This document shows, in pieces, positions 49,711 through 59,928 of a stretch of 64,000 bases of DNA. This DNA is from a virus. Taxonomy: Duplodnaviria > Caudoviricetes. Numbering within the stretch: the first letter of the stretch is position 1; each line of letters opens with the position of its first letter. The notes below the pieces were generated by a model. That model did no database searches. It had not been told where the DNA came from and saw only the letters and a list, made by a program, of their open reading frames with translations. Location: the IMG/VR virus record IMGVR_UViG_3300028048_001497, positions 32,001 through 96,000 of that record; one strand, given 5' to 3'. The translations under genes and the position numbers were made by a program.

Positions 49711-50301
49711 ATGACAAAGGAACAAATGCGTAAGATTATTGAAAAGCATATTCAGGAAAAACGTGCAAGTCGTAAGCGTGTTGCAAGCAAGAAGGTTTTT
49801 CCAAAGCGTAAAGTAGCAAGCCGTGATGCAGTAGCTATGAAGAAAGCTATTGCAGAGCATAAGGTTATTGCGAAGCAAGCAAGTGTTCTTGCAGACCGTT
49901 TTGCAAAGAAACTTGATACTCGTATGGAAAAGATTCTCATGGATGCAGAGCAACTTGTTAAAGAATATTTCCCTGCAAAGTATGTAAGCGCTTCTCTTAC
50001 ACGTCTACAGAAGAAACTTATTAGCGAAGGTATTTCTTGCCGTTTTGACAAGACAATTTCTAAGACTGCTCGTATTAAGACTGCTAAGAGTGATATTACA
50101 CCAGATGAGTGTAAGGAAGCTATTGATAAGATTGCAAAGGCAACAGTTGATGCTACAGAAGAAACACTCGATGCTTGCCATTCTGCAATTCGTAATGTTG
50201 CTAAGAAACATTTCCCAAAACATCGTATTTCTTCTACTCATTCAATCTGCAAGCAGGTTGAAGCTAAGATGAAGGAAACAGGTCTTAACTTTAAGTTTTG
50301 A
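49711..50301 (+). CDS. basic protein with repeated (K/R)VAS/KTA motifs, possible head protein
   Basis: GAAGGAG RBS; capsid-like codon bias; internal two-fold repeat (..(K/E)(Y/H)FP..). Confidence 0.6.
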   Translation: MTKEQMRKIIEKHIQEKRASRKRVASKKVFPKRKVASRDAVAMKKAIAEHKVIAKQASVLADRFAKKLDTRMEKILMDAEQLVKEYFPAKYVSASLTRLQKKLISEGISCRFDKTISKTARIKTAKSDITPDECKEAIDKIAKATVDATEETLDACHSAIRNVAKKHFPKHRISSTHSICKQVEAKMKETGLNFKF

Positions 50302-50319
50302 TTAAATTTAATATATAAT

Positions 50320-50355
50320 AAAAACGTAGTTAGTATATAACGCTAACTACGTTTT
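50320..50355 (+). terminator. intrinsic terminator
   Basis: aaaacgtagttag...ctaactacgtttt. Confidence 0.8.
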
Positions 50356-50386
50356 ATTTTTTATATAGATGAATGGTGGTGATAAT

Positions 50387-51496
50387 ATGGATTTATATAA
50401 AGGAGATACAAAAACTTTATATTATGAATTTCAGAAAGATAACCAAGTTGTTTCTGTAAAAAATCCAAAAGTAAGAGTTCTACATGAACATGATGATAAA
50501 ATTTATGAAGATTTGCCTTGGCAGGATATGAAACCGTTTGATAATGGATATGCTTATAATTTTGATACAAATGTGTGTGAAAATTATGGTAAATATGTTA
50601 TCGTATATCAAGGGGAATATAATGGAGAGAAATTAAATTCCATTGATTATTTTAATATAGTTCCTAAAAATATAGAAGATAATGATACTGTTTATCTTTA
50701 TGGTTATGTTAATGATATAAATAGTAATTGTATTATTAAAGATGTCAAAGTACAAATTATTGATTTAGAAAATAATAATATTGTATATCAAACATTTACA
50801 GATGAAGATGGTAAATGGGATGCCAAAATTTTTCCTAGTGAATATGAATTTAAATTCAATTTAGATGGATATGAAAGTCGTTCAATTAGAGCACAGATTG
50901 GCGATTCAAAAGAAGAAATTCAATTTAATAATATTGGATTAGAAAAACAATCAGATATATCACTAGGAACAGGTATGTTTAAAATCGAAGATGATTTTAC
51001 TGCAAAAAACAAAATGGGCATATCTAATATAACAATTTTGATATATGACACGAATGATTTAGAACATCCTTTAATAGAAACAAAAACAGATAGCAAAGGA
51101 AAATGGAAAGCATTTTTAGATAATGGTTCTTATATTATGCAAATTCAATTACCTTCTGGTACGAAAAAGAAATTTCAGATGAATGTATATAATGATGGTT
51201 CTAAATCTATTGAAGAAATTAAAATTAAAAATACGCAGATTGAAGAAACAAAAGTAGATAATGGTCATGGGACAGAAAAATTAACTGATTTTATATTGGA
51301 TGCTCATGGGAATGGTATTGAAAATGCTATAGTGAAAGCGTATAAATATAATATAGAGACGGATGAATATGAATTAGAGTGTGAAGATGAAACCACTTTA
51401 GAAGGGCAATTTGAGTTAAATCTTAATCATGGAAAATATAAATTGGTTGTAAATTGTGATGGTTTTATTCAAAATAGTCAAATAATAGATGTATAA
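50387..51496 (+). CDS. multi Ig-like/carboxypeptidase-regulatory-type beta-sandwich virion protein
   Basis: Repeats TDEDGKW, TDSKGKW, TTLEGQF, each followed by G.Y-like strands. Confidence 0.65.
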   Translation: MDLYKGDTKTLYYEFQKDNQVVSVKNPKVRVLHEHDDKIYEDLPWQDMKPFDNGYAYNFDTNVCENYGKYVIVYQGEYNGEKLNSIDYFNIVPKNIEDNDTVYLYGYVNDINSNCIIKDVKVQIIDLENNNIVYQTFTDEDGKWDAKIFPSEYEFKFNLDGYESRSIRAQIGDSKEEIQFNNIGLEKQSDISLGTGMFKIEDDFTAKNKMGISNITILIYDTNDLEHPLIETKTDSKGKWKAFLDNGSYIMQIQLPSGTKKKFQMNVYNDGSKSIEEIKIKNTQIEETKVDNGHGTEKLTDFILDAHGNGIENAIVKAYKYNIETDEYELECEDETTLEGQFELNLNHGKYKLVVNCDGFIQNSQIIDV

Positions 51497-51543
51497 AATA
51501 TTATTTTTTTAATAGATATAAATTTAAAAAAAGGATGATAATT

Positions 51544-51943
51544 ATGAAGAATCGTAAAATTATAGCTAGTTTAAAAGATGATGTAGAGAGTTGTTTATCT
51601 AAAATGAATGTTTATGAATTAATGTCTATTGCTGATGCTTGTAATTCATATGTATTTCAATATGTAGATTTCTTTCCTATGGATGAATTAGATGAATTTT
51701 TAGAAACAAAAGATAAGGAAGAATGTTTTAGACTCGGTTGTTTTTCTGATTTTAATTTTTCAGATGATTTTGTTATGATTGATGGATATGGAAATCTTCG
51801 TTCTTGTTCAGAAAGTTATATCAAAGATTATATTGATATTGAAGATTTGGCAAATGATGTTTATTGAATATGGTGATAGTTCTGATTATCCTTCTGAATT
51901 AAGCGAAATTCTCGAAGATAATGAGGAAGAAACAGAAGAATAA
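51544..51943 (+). pseudogene. acidic protein with apparent 1-nt frameshift near 51860
   Basis: ORF stops at 51867. Dropping one T of gtttattgaa continues it as IEYGDSSDYPSELSEILEDNEEETEE* up to the next RBS. Confidence 0.55.
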
Positions 51944-51958
51944 TAACGAGGTGTTGAA

Positions 51959-52195
51959 ATGAAACGCTTAGTTGCTATTACAAATGGTGATTTAAAATAT
52001 ATTGATGTTGAAATTAATCCTCTTGATGGAGAAGATATGATACCATTAAAGGAATTAGACTCGGCAGATGTAAAAAATTATCGTTGTCCTGAATGTGAAT
52101 ATTCTCCTTTAACAGATAAAGAAGGGTATTTGGTTTGTAAAAATTGTGGTACTGCATATAAAATTTTTGATGACGTTGTATATGTGGTAAAATAA
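51959..52195 (+). CDS. small Zn-ribbon protein
   Basis: CPEC...CKNCG; GAGGTG RBS. Confidence 0.65.
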   Translation: MKRLVAITNGDLKYIDVEINPLDGEDMIPLKELDSADVKNYRCPECEYSPLTDKEGYLVCKNCGTAYKIFDDVVYVVK

Positions 52196-52197
52196 GG

Positions 52198-52722
52198 GTG
52201 ATGCAGATGAAACCTAGTACAATTTATCCTAGAATGACTTATTATACACGTGTTGTGGATAATGCTACAGGTGAACAGGTATTAGGTTATGCTAGTACCG
52301 CACAAAATAAAAAAATATATTATGGTCATTGTAATGGATTAAAAGGTGGAGAATCCGAATTTATTGTAGAGTTTGATATATGGAACAATGAACCTGCATG
52401 GGATGGTGGCACACCACAGTTAATTTGTCAAAACGCAAATAATTGTAGATTGCGTATTAATATACCTCCTGAAAGTCGTGATTTAAATCCTTTTTTATAT
52501 GCACGTTGTATTACGTATGATATGAAATCAGAATTTCAACCAGTAGATATGTCACATAGAGAATTAAAAGATATACAGGGAAATGCTTCGGACGAATACG
52601 GTGCTATATTAGGTGTATCAGACCATGCAACAATTCAAACAAAAATTAAATTGAAGGAAAATTCTCTTGTAAAGAACCATAAATATTTCTTTACATTAGA
52701 CTTTTTATACAATTATGAATAA
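52198..52722 (+). CDS. hypothetical virion protein
   Basis: Beta-rich ORF in the morphogenesis region. Confidence 0.55.
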   Translation: MMQMKPSTIYPRMTYYTRVVDNATGEQVLGYASTAQNKKIYYGHCNGLKGGESEFIVEFDIWNNEPAWDGGTPQLICQNANNCRLRINIPPESRDLNPFLYARCITYDMKSEFQPVDMSHRELKDIQGNASDEYGAILGVSDHATIQTKIKLKENSLVKNHKYFFTLDFLYNYE

Positions 52723-53113
52723 TTTACATTGGGAAATAGAAACAAAAAATGGATTGATATTAAAAGAGTTTGTTAATGATTTTGTATCCGACCCGAAAGA
52801 AGTTAAATTAATGTATTTTACAGATGATGAAATATATTGTGGTATAAAAAACGATTTAACATTTTTTATTAATCATACAGAATTTAATCCAAAATTAAAT
52901 CAAAATATATTAAAATATTTTCAGTACAAAGAAAGTAAGATTGGTTTAATGGATGGTATGAATGGAACAATATATAATATTGGGGTAAATGCAGAAGATA
53001 ATTTATATACTTATCAATATACTTTACAAATATCAGAAACGAATATATGGTTAAATGCAAAGCAGTTTGATGGGTATAAACAAATTAATGAACGAAATAT
53101 TAAATTGTTATGA
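52715..53113 (+). CDS. hypothetical protein
   Basis: Translationally coupled ORF. Confidence 0.55.
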   Translation: MNNLHWEIETKNGLILKEFVNDFVSDPKEVKLMYFTDDEIYCGIKNDLTFFINHTEFNPKLNQNILKYFQYKESKIGLMDGMNGTIYNIGVNAEDNLYTYQYTLQISETNIWLNAKQFDGYKQINERNIKLL

Positions 53114-53127
53114 GAGGTGAAGATTGA

Positions 53128-53901
53128 TTGGCATATAGTAAACAAGTAACATTTCAAGCAAGTTTTGATGTTATAGGTAGACAATCTTCACATGAATGGA
53201 ATTGTTTTTTTGATATAGTATCTGATGAAAAATTTTTATTGGATTTGCATACAAATAATACTGTTATACATAATCCAACAAATTTAGATTTGGTTCGATA
53301 TAAAATAAAACCTGTAAGTGGTATATTGCAAAATAAAGATAAAAGTTATATTAATACAAAACTTGAATTTATTAAAATGAACGAAATTAATAGTTCATTT
53401 GGTAATGTAATATCTGATATTTGTTATACGGATAAAGGTGGTAGATATAACGCATATATCACTTCTGGAATTTATAATATAGATATTTTTATTAATAATC
53501 AGAAAATAACCAAAAGAAATGTGAATGTTCAAAGCAGATTAAAATATGAATATTATTTTACAGTAAGTGGAATGATATATAAAAAGTACAAAGACGTTGT
53601 CCAATTTCATGGAACTGATTATAAAATGATATATGGTAAATTGGTTGATAATAAAAATACACCAATAGAAAAAGCAGAAATTATTATTATAAACGATGAT
53701 GGATTATGTGTATATCGAAAAACGGATAATGATGGAAATTATAATTTTGCATTAAAAAATGGAAGATATAAAGTAAAAATTAGGTCTAAAAATTCTCCAA
53801 TAAAATCTACTGATATAGAATTAGATGATATGCATGGATTTGGAGAACAAATTGGTTCTAATTCAATTTTATTTAATAAAAAACAAATGATTTATTTATA
53901 A
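53128..53901 (+). CDS. Ig-like/carboxypeptidase-regulatory-type virion protein
   Basis: TDKGGRY and TDNDGNY..G.Y repeats like those in 50387..51496. Confidence 0.6.
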   Translation: MAYSKQVTFQASFDVIGRQSSHEWNCFFDIVSDEKFLLDLHTNNTVIHNPTNLDLVRYKIKPVSGILQNKDKSYINTKLEFIKMNEINSSFGNVISDICYTDKGGRYNAYITSGIYNIDIFINNQKITKRNVNVQSRLKYEYYFTVSGMIYKKYKDVVQFHGTDYKMIYGKLVDNKNTPIEKAEIIIINDDGLCVYRKTDNDGNYNFALKNGRYKVKIRSKNSPIKSTDIELDDMHGFGEQIGSNSILFNKKQMIYL

Positions 53902-53953
53902 AAGCCTGCTATCAAAAATGAAGGAATGAATAAAAAATATGTGGTGATTTGAT

Positions 53954-54790
53954 ATGAACATCGAAGTTTTTCAAAAGGATTTAAATCCTCCTGTACATAT
54001 AGATATATCATATCCACGTGATAATCGTTGTTCGGTTATTACATGGAATGAAGTAAAAAATCCTGATGAACATAAGAAAATAAAAAAGGTAAAAAAAGTT
54101 TGTTATAATGTTTATAAAGGATTTACTCAAAATGGCATTTTTTATAAACAAAATAATAAACCGTTAGAAACTAATCGTTTTGAAGATTTTGGCGTATCAA
54201 ATAATCCACAAGTACAAAATTGGTATAAAGTATCTACAGTATATGAAACCGATGGAACATATATTGAAGGTAAATTATCACAACCTGTATGTTTTCAAGT
54301 ACATAATACAGACCGTTGGTTTTTGAAAATGAATGAACGTAGTTTATGGATATTAAAGAACACAGGTATGTTATTTGATTTGTATACAAGAAAGAAAGAT
54401 GGAGAACGTTGTCCACGTTGTTTTGACCCAATAAGAGGTAGAGCAGGTACATTAGATTGTCCGGTTTGTTATGGGACAGGATATGTTGGTGGATATGACC
54501 CTGCATTTCAATTGTATGTAAGATTAAAACCTGCTCAATCATCAATGGATGTAACACCAAATCAAATGATGGTATATAATAAACCATGTGGAGCATGGAC
54601 AATTTCAGATACGGAAATAAATAATCGTGATGTATTAATTTCACCAACAGGAACAATTTATCAAGTAATTAATTCTATGATAAACCAAGCTGGCGGTTAT
54701 TTATTTCATCAAGAATTGAATTTGAAACCATATGACCCGAATGACCCGATATATGATATGAAGCGTACAACTTTATACCCTAGATTATAA
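53954..54790 (+). CDS. putative neck/head-closure protein (FN3-like + Zn finger)
   Basis: ITW..YNVYK..WYKVS FN3-like pattern; CPRC..CPVCYGTGYVGGY; upstream of tail genes. Confidence 0.6.
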   Translation: MNIEVFQKDLNPPVHIDISYPRDNRCSVITWNEVKNPDEHKKIKKVKKVCYNVYKGFTQNGIFYKQNNKPLETNRFEDFGVSNNPQVQNWYKVSTVYETDGTYIEGKLSQPVCFQVHNTDRWFLKMNERSLWILKNTGMLFDLYTRKKDGERCPRCFDPIRGRAGTLDCPVCYGTGYVGGYDPAFQLYVRLKPAQSSMDVTPNQMMVYNKPCGAWTISDTEINNRDVLISPTGTIYQVINSMINQAGGYLFHQELNLKPYDPNDPIYDMKRTTLYPRL

Positions 54791-54794
54791 TGAG

Positions 54795-54825
54795 AAAGTC
54801 TACTATAAAATCATAGTAGACTTTT
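54795..54825 (+). terminator. intrinsic terminator
   Basis: aaagtctacta...tagtagacttt. Confidence 0.7.
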
Positions 54826-54957
54826 GTTTATATTTCGTTTTTTAATTACTTTTATATAGCTCTAAACAATTTTGATGATATAGAAACAAAAAATAAAGAT
54901 ATTAATAATGATTATTTAATTTATAGGAACAAGCGAAATCAGTATAAGATTTAGAAG

Positions 54958-55641
54958 GTGATTTTTTTGGGAATGTTGTTAGAAGATGCAATAAAACATA
55001 CAAAAGATGTTTTTATTACATTTTTAAGAGTATATTTTAATAATCCAAAAAATTATCGTAATAAATTACCTCGTCAAATATCTGATGAACATTTTACTAA
55101 TGCAGTATTTTATGATTCAGAACCAGAAGAATTACGTGAATTCCCTGTTGTTATTTTAAGCGCAGGAAATGGTAATATGGTTACAACTGGTTTGGGAGAT
55201 ATGGGACGAGAAGTCTTAGACCCACGTACAGGAACAGTTATAGCTTACCGTTATGAGGGTGTATATGAGTTTTCAATTACACTTGATATAGCTTGTAGAA
55301 ATCCTTTAGATAGAGAAGTCTTTACTGATTTAGTCGCAAAGGCATTAAGATTTTCTTTGCGTAGATATATCCAAAACCAAGGTATTATTATAAAAGATGC
55401 TTCTTATGCAGGAGAGACAACGGCAGAATATAATTCTGATAAGATTTATATATCTCAATTGAAATTCAATACGTGGTCTACTTGGATAGAAGATGTTGAC
55501 TTGCTTGACCCGAACGAGTTCAATATTCAAATTGAAACTGCCATGAAAATGGCAAAAGGGGATAAAGAAAAGCATACATATGATTCTGCATTGGTAGATA
55601 AAAATGTGAAAGATAATGGTGAACAAAAACCACCGTTATAA
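54958..55641 (+). CDS. putative tail terminator/completion protein
   Basis: Directly upstream of the sheath gene; FPVVIL..ITLDI pattern. Confidence 0.5.
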   Translation: MIFLGMLLEDAIKHTKDVFITFLRVYFNNPKNYRNKLPRQISDEHFTNAVFYDSEPEELREFPVVILSAGNGNMVTTGLGDMGREVLDPRTGTVIAYRYEGVYEFSITLDIACRNPLDREVFTDLVAKALRFSLRRYIQNQGIIIKDASYAGETTAEYNSDKIYISQLKFNTWSTWIEDVDLLDPNEFNIQIETAMKMAKGDKEKHTYDSALVDKNVKDNGEQKPPL

Positions 55642-55667
55642 ATAAATGAAATTGGAGGTATAACAAT

Positions 55668-57833
55668 ATGCCATATAGAGTACCTGGTGCATATGCGAGA
55701 TTTGTAAAATCTGCAAGCACAGTAAATAATGTTGGGCAAACTCGTGTTCTAGGTTTAATTGGCACGGGCGCAAATTATTTTGAAGTTTACAATGAAGCCA
55801 TAAAAAAGAGTGATTCTCAATCTTATGATTCATTGAAATATAAGAATGTTTTTGAAATTATTTCTGTTACAAATAAGGCTTTAAGTAATGGTGCAATTGT
55901 AAAAGGTTCTACTGTTTACAATGAAGGCGCAAATGAAGCCTTTATGTTAAAAGATGGTAATAAAATTGCATGGAATACAATTCAGGACGCAGAGTATAAA
56001 GTAGTTGCACAAGCAAATGAACGTTCCTTACAATTAAAAGACCAAATTACAATTATTCCAAATGATGATTTACAGTATCAGATTGTTGATGGTTCTTATA
56101 CATTAGAAATTACATATTTGGAAGATGCTTTTGACCATGCCGATTCAGCACACGTTAATTGTGGTTGCTATCGTGTAACAGATAATGCTTCTAAGAAAAT
56201 TATGGGTGAATGGTCAGTAAGTGATGATTTTAATATTGCTGCAATCCCAGGTTTAAAATTAAAGATTACTGATTTGTTTGTTCCTGATAGAGACGGCAAT
56301 TCAATTACAAAAGTTGGTGATAGTGTTACAATTAAAACACGAGCACCAAAAACAGAAATTGAACCACAAGTTGTTTTCGATGAAACAATTACACAGTATA
56401 GCCAAAAACTTCGTGAATCTTTCCTTCCATTGAACAAGGATAAGGTTGATGATGAATCTAAATATGAATATTTCATGATTGTTGATTCTTCTAATGTTGT
56501 TGATGGTCAGTTCGTTGTTCAAGTTACAGACCCATTAACAAAAGAAATCAAGATTTATCAAGAAGATATTGCAGGCACAGAAATTACACCTGCTCTGTAT
56601 GAGGGCGCAGTTGGTGCAGTTACAGAATATCTAAATGTAATCCCTGGTATTACATTCATGCTCCCAGATTTTGATAATACTGCAATTACAACAGGTGATT
56701 GTGTTCGTATTATTACAAAGAAAGCAGTCTTTGGTAAAGCAATCGCAGAAAATGAAGTCTATTATGTTTCTTATAAATATAAGAAAGCAGAAGAAGATTA
56801 TGAACCAAAGATTTTCTATACTTACGATGATGTGGTTCAAGAATATGGCAACTATGATGTTACGGCTTCTTCTGTTGTTACAAATTCATTATCATTAGGC
56901 GCAGAATTGGCTTTCCGTGCAGGTGTTACAACAATTTGTTGTGTACAAGCTAAGAACGATTCTGATTATGAAATGAATAAAGCAATTGACAAGTTACAGA
57001 AAGATGTTGCAGGTACAGAAAATGTTAATGCTATCGTTCCTTTAACAACTTCAACCGTTGTTGGTGCTCATGCACAGGCACACGTTGATGCTATGTCAAG
57101 CGAATCAGGCAGACATGAACGTATGGTTTATCTTTCTGCTTATCCTGGTCAGAAGATTAATAAAAATGCAACCGCAGCAGATAAGACATTGGGTATGAAA
57201 CAACAAGCAGAAGCATATAATGATGAACGTGTTGTATATGTAGTCCCTGGTCGTGTTGCTTATGATGTCAAGAATGTTCAAACAGGTCGTATTAATACAC
57301 GTACATTACCAGGTTGCTATCTTGCATTAGGTGTTGCAACAGTTGGTTTTACACATGATGTTGCAGAACCATTAACACGTAAGAAGATTGGTTGCGGATT
57401 CAAAGGACTTCTTGATACATATACAGAAGTAGAAAAGAACGCACTTGCAGAAAGTGGTTGCACAGTTGTACATGAAAAGAGTAATGCTCTTGTAGTTCGT
57501 CATGGTATTACAACTTGTGATGATGAAGTTAATACAACAGAAATTACACTTATCCAGATTAAGGACTATGTAATTGCGCAGGTTCGCAAGACTTGTGATG
57601 AATTGTATGTCGGTATTAAAAACCTTCCATCTGCTAAGAGTAATGTTCAGTATTCTATTAATAGTATTCTTAGCCAGTTTGTAAGTCAGGAAATCATCTT
57701 AGGATATAGTGGCCCGACCGTTTCAGATTCACCAGATGACCCACGTGAAATCTTGGTTAAGTTTGAAATTGAAGCAGTATATCCATTGAATTATATTACA
57801 ATCTCCTTTGGATTTTCTTCAACAGGTTCGTAA
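55668..57833 (+). CDS. contractile tail sheath protein
   Basis: MPYRVPGAY N-terminus; LIGTG; EPLTRK; VRHGITT; EIEAVYPLNYITISF C-terminus. Confidence 0.92.
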   Translation: MPYRVPGAYARFVKSASTVNNVGQTRVLGLIGTGANYFEVYNEAIKKSDSQSYDSLKYKNVFEIISVTNKALSNGAIVKGSTVYNEGANEAFMLKDGNKIAWNTIQDAEYKVVAQANERSLQLKDQITIIPNDDLQYQIVDGSYTLEITYLEDAFDHADSAHVNCGCYRVTDNASKKIMGEWSVSDDFNIAAIPGLKLKITDLFVPDRDGNSITKVGDSVTIKTRAPKTEIEPQVVFDETITQYSQKLRESFLPLNKDKVDDESKYEYFMIVDSSNVVDGQFVVQVTDPLTKEIKIYQEDIAGTEITPALYEGAVGAVTEYLNVIPGITFMLPDFDNTAITTGDCVRIITKKAVFGKAIAENEVYYVSYKYKKAEEDYEPKIFYTYDDVVQEYGNYDVTASSVVTNSLSLGAELAFRAGVTTICCVQAKNDSDYEMNKAIDKLQKDVAGTENVNAIVPLTTSTVVGAHAQAHVDAMSSESGRHERMVYLSAYPGQKINKNATAADKTLGMKQQAEAYNDERVVYVVPGRVAYDVKNVQTGRINTRTLPGCYLALGVATVGFTHDVAEPLTRKKIGCGFKGLLDTYTEVEKNALAESGCTVVHEKSNALVVRHGITTCDDEVNTTEITLIQIKDYVIAQVRKTCDELYVGIKNLPSAKSNVQYSINSILSQFVSQEIILGYSGPTVSDSPDDPREILVKFEIEAVYPLNYITISFGFSSTGS

Positions 57834-57878
57834 TTAATTTAATTAAGTTTTAATATGAAAATTGGTAGGTGATTTTTC

Positions 57879-58517
57879 ATGGCATTAGTCAATGGTACGC
57901 AATCAGCGTATACATCTGATACTAATAAATGGCTAAATACCCAACGTGCTACAGGTATGGTAGGTATTTTGGACAATAGTGCATCATTACCTATTACATC
58001 TACAAACATTGAAATTTATTGCAATAATCAGAGAGTAGGATTTATTCAATCCTTTGCTCCTTCTGAATCACGTACAATAACTCCTATTCAAGAGTTAGGT
58101 ACAGAAGGTGTTGTACAAATGGCACCAGGTAATACAAATGGTGGACAAATTTCCATCAACCGTATTGCACTTTTCAATGGTAATTTGTTTAATGCTCTAG
58201 GTATGACACAGACAGGCCAATTTGCTCCATATTCTACACAAATTCCTGGTAATGCAGTTGTTCAGGGTGGTACGGCGAATACATTAGGTAATCCTTTTAA
58301 GAACTTGAAGGAACAACGTGTACCACTTGAAATTCAGGTTAAAACAAAAATGCCTGATATGGCAACAAAAGCATATTATGTGGAAACATATATTGATTGT
58401 TGGTTAAGTGCTTATTCAAAAGCAATTACTGCTTCACAAATTACAGTTGCAGAAACTGCAACAATCGTATATTCAGATGTATATTCCGATTATGTAACGG
58501 CAAAAGATAGCAATTAA
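57879..58517 (+). CDS. tail tube protein (copy 1)
   Basis: Follows the sheath gene; VGFIQSF..ESR..IQELG..ETYIDCWL..ITVAETATI. Confidence 0.8.
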   Translation: MALVNGTQSAYTSDTNKWLNTQRATGMVGILDNSASLPITSTNIEIYCNNQRVGFIQSFAPSESRTITPIQELGTEGVVQMAPGNTNGGQISINRIALFNGNLFNALGMTQTGQFAPYSTQIPGNAVVQGGTANTLGNPFKNLKEQRVPLEIQVKTKMPDMATKAYYVETYIDCWLSAYSKAITASQITVAETATIVYSDVYSDYVTAKDSN

Positions 58518-58532
58518 GGGGTGAAGTAGAAT

Positions 58533-59210
58533 ATGGCTTATGATGCAAGTAAACATTTTAACAACTTTGGTCAGAACACTTCTACGAATACCCATCGTGC
58601 TACGAGAAATGATATTCGTGTTGCAAATAATACAATGCAACCGACTTCATCAAATGATAACTCGTTAATTACGACTTCTACAAATATCTTTGTCTATGCA
58701 AATGGATATATTGTGGGAATGATACAAAGTTTTAATGTTAGTGAAACCAGACAGGTTAATAAACTACAAGCAATCGGTTGGGAAGGTGTTGTACAGGCAG
58801 TTCCAACAAACTACCGTGGTGGCACATTACAAGTAAACCGTATTGCATTATATGAATCTTCTATTTGGAACGCTATTGGTTTAACAACTAATGGTCGTGC
58901 TTTCAATGAAGTTGGTAGTAAAGTTTATAAAGAAAAAGATGGTACATCTAACAATTGGGATGCTCCAACATTGGAAAACGATGATGGTGCAGATAGCTAC
59001 CATGTAAATACACGTAGAGTATTTAAAACTTTGAAAGACCAAAAAGTTCCTTTGGAAATTCAAACAAAAACAAGACGTAATGGTTCTGATGATGAATTTT
59101 ATGTAGAAACTTACATTGATTGTTGGTTGGCTTCTTATTCAAAATCATATACAGTACAAAATATCACAGTTGCAGAATCTGCTTCAATTGCTTATGCAGA
59201 TGTCTATTAA
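58533..59210 (+). CDS. tail tube protein paralogue (copy 2)
   Basis: Shares TSTNI, EGVVQ, NRIAL, VPLEIQ and YVETYIDCWL with copy 1. Confidence 0.8.
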   Translation: MAYDASKHFNNFGQNTSTNTHRATRNDIRVANNTMQPTSSNDNSLITTSTNIFVYANGYIVGMIQSFNVSETRQVNKLQAIGWEGVVQAVPTNYRGGTLQVNRIALYESSIWNAIGLTTNGRAFNEVGSKVYKEKDGTSNNWDAPTLENDDGADSYHVNTRRVFKTLKDQKVPLEIQTKTRRNGSDDEFYVETYIDCWLASYSKSYTVQNITVAESASIAYADVY

Positions 59211-59217
59211 TATACAG

Positions 59218-59250
59218 GAAAAGAAATATCGCTATGATATTTCTTTTCTT
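59218..59250 (+). terminator. intrinsic terminator
   Basis: gaaaagaaatatc-gctat-gatatttcttttc. Confidence 0.7.
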
Positions 59251-59294
59251 ATATTTTATTTTATAAATAGAAAAATAAAAAAGGATGGATAAAT

Positions 59295-59531
59295 ATGAAA
59301 ACAATTAAATGTGTACTTGATGTAGATTTTGATGATATAGAATATTGTGCAAATGATAGAGCAAGAAAATTTTTACGGAAAGTTGAAGATTTAGGATTAG
59401 AAGACCAATTTATGGATATTTTTGATGAAGAGACATTTGATGAAATTCTTAATTGTTTAAATAGTGATTTAGGATTAAGAATGATATGTCATTGGATGGA
59501 TATTCCTGAGAAAGATTATTTAGATGTATGA
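59295..59531 (+). CDS. small acidic protein
   Basis: ORF with AAGGA RBS, upstream motif and downstream hairpin (59536-59566). Confidence 0.6.
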   Translation: MKTIKCVLDVDFDDIEYCANDRARKFLRKVEDLGLEDQFMDIFDEETFDEILNCLNSDLGLRMICHWMDIPEKDYLDV

Positions 59532-59928
59532 TGATAAAGAGGAACAATGAAATGTTCCTCTTTTTTATATAATATTTTGGTGATAAATATGTCTAAATTC
59601 GTTGATTTGACAAATCAAGTTTTCGGTGATTTGACGGTTATAAAACGTGCAGAAGATAGATATGGTAGAACAAGATGGTTATGCAGATGTTCCTGTGGAA
59701 AATATGTAGAACGATATGCGTATGATTTAAAACATGGAAATACAACATCTTGTGGTTGTAAAAAATATGAGAAAATATCAAAAAAAGAAAAATTACACGG
59801 TATGTCTAAGACAAAATTTTATAAAAAATTTTATGGAATGAAAAGTCGTTGCTATAATCCAAATAATAAACGATATAAAAATTATGGTGGTAGAGGAATT
59901 AAAGTAGAATGGAATAGTTTTGAAGAAT

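Noticed and set aside
48337-50272. Long minus-strand and alternate-frame ORFs (e.g. 48337..48816, 49333..49953)
   Set aside because: Shadows of strongly codon-biased, low-complexity + strand genes, with no RBS; the same applies to most short overlapping ORFs in the track.
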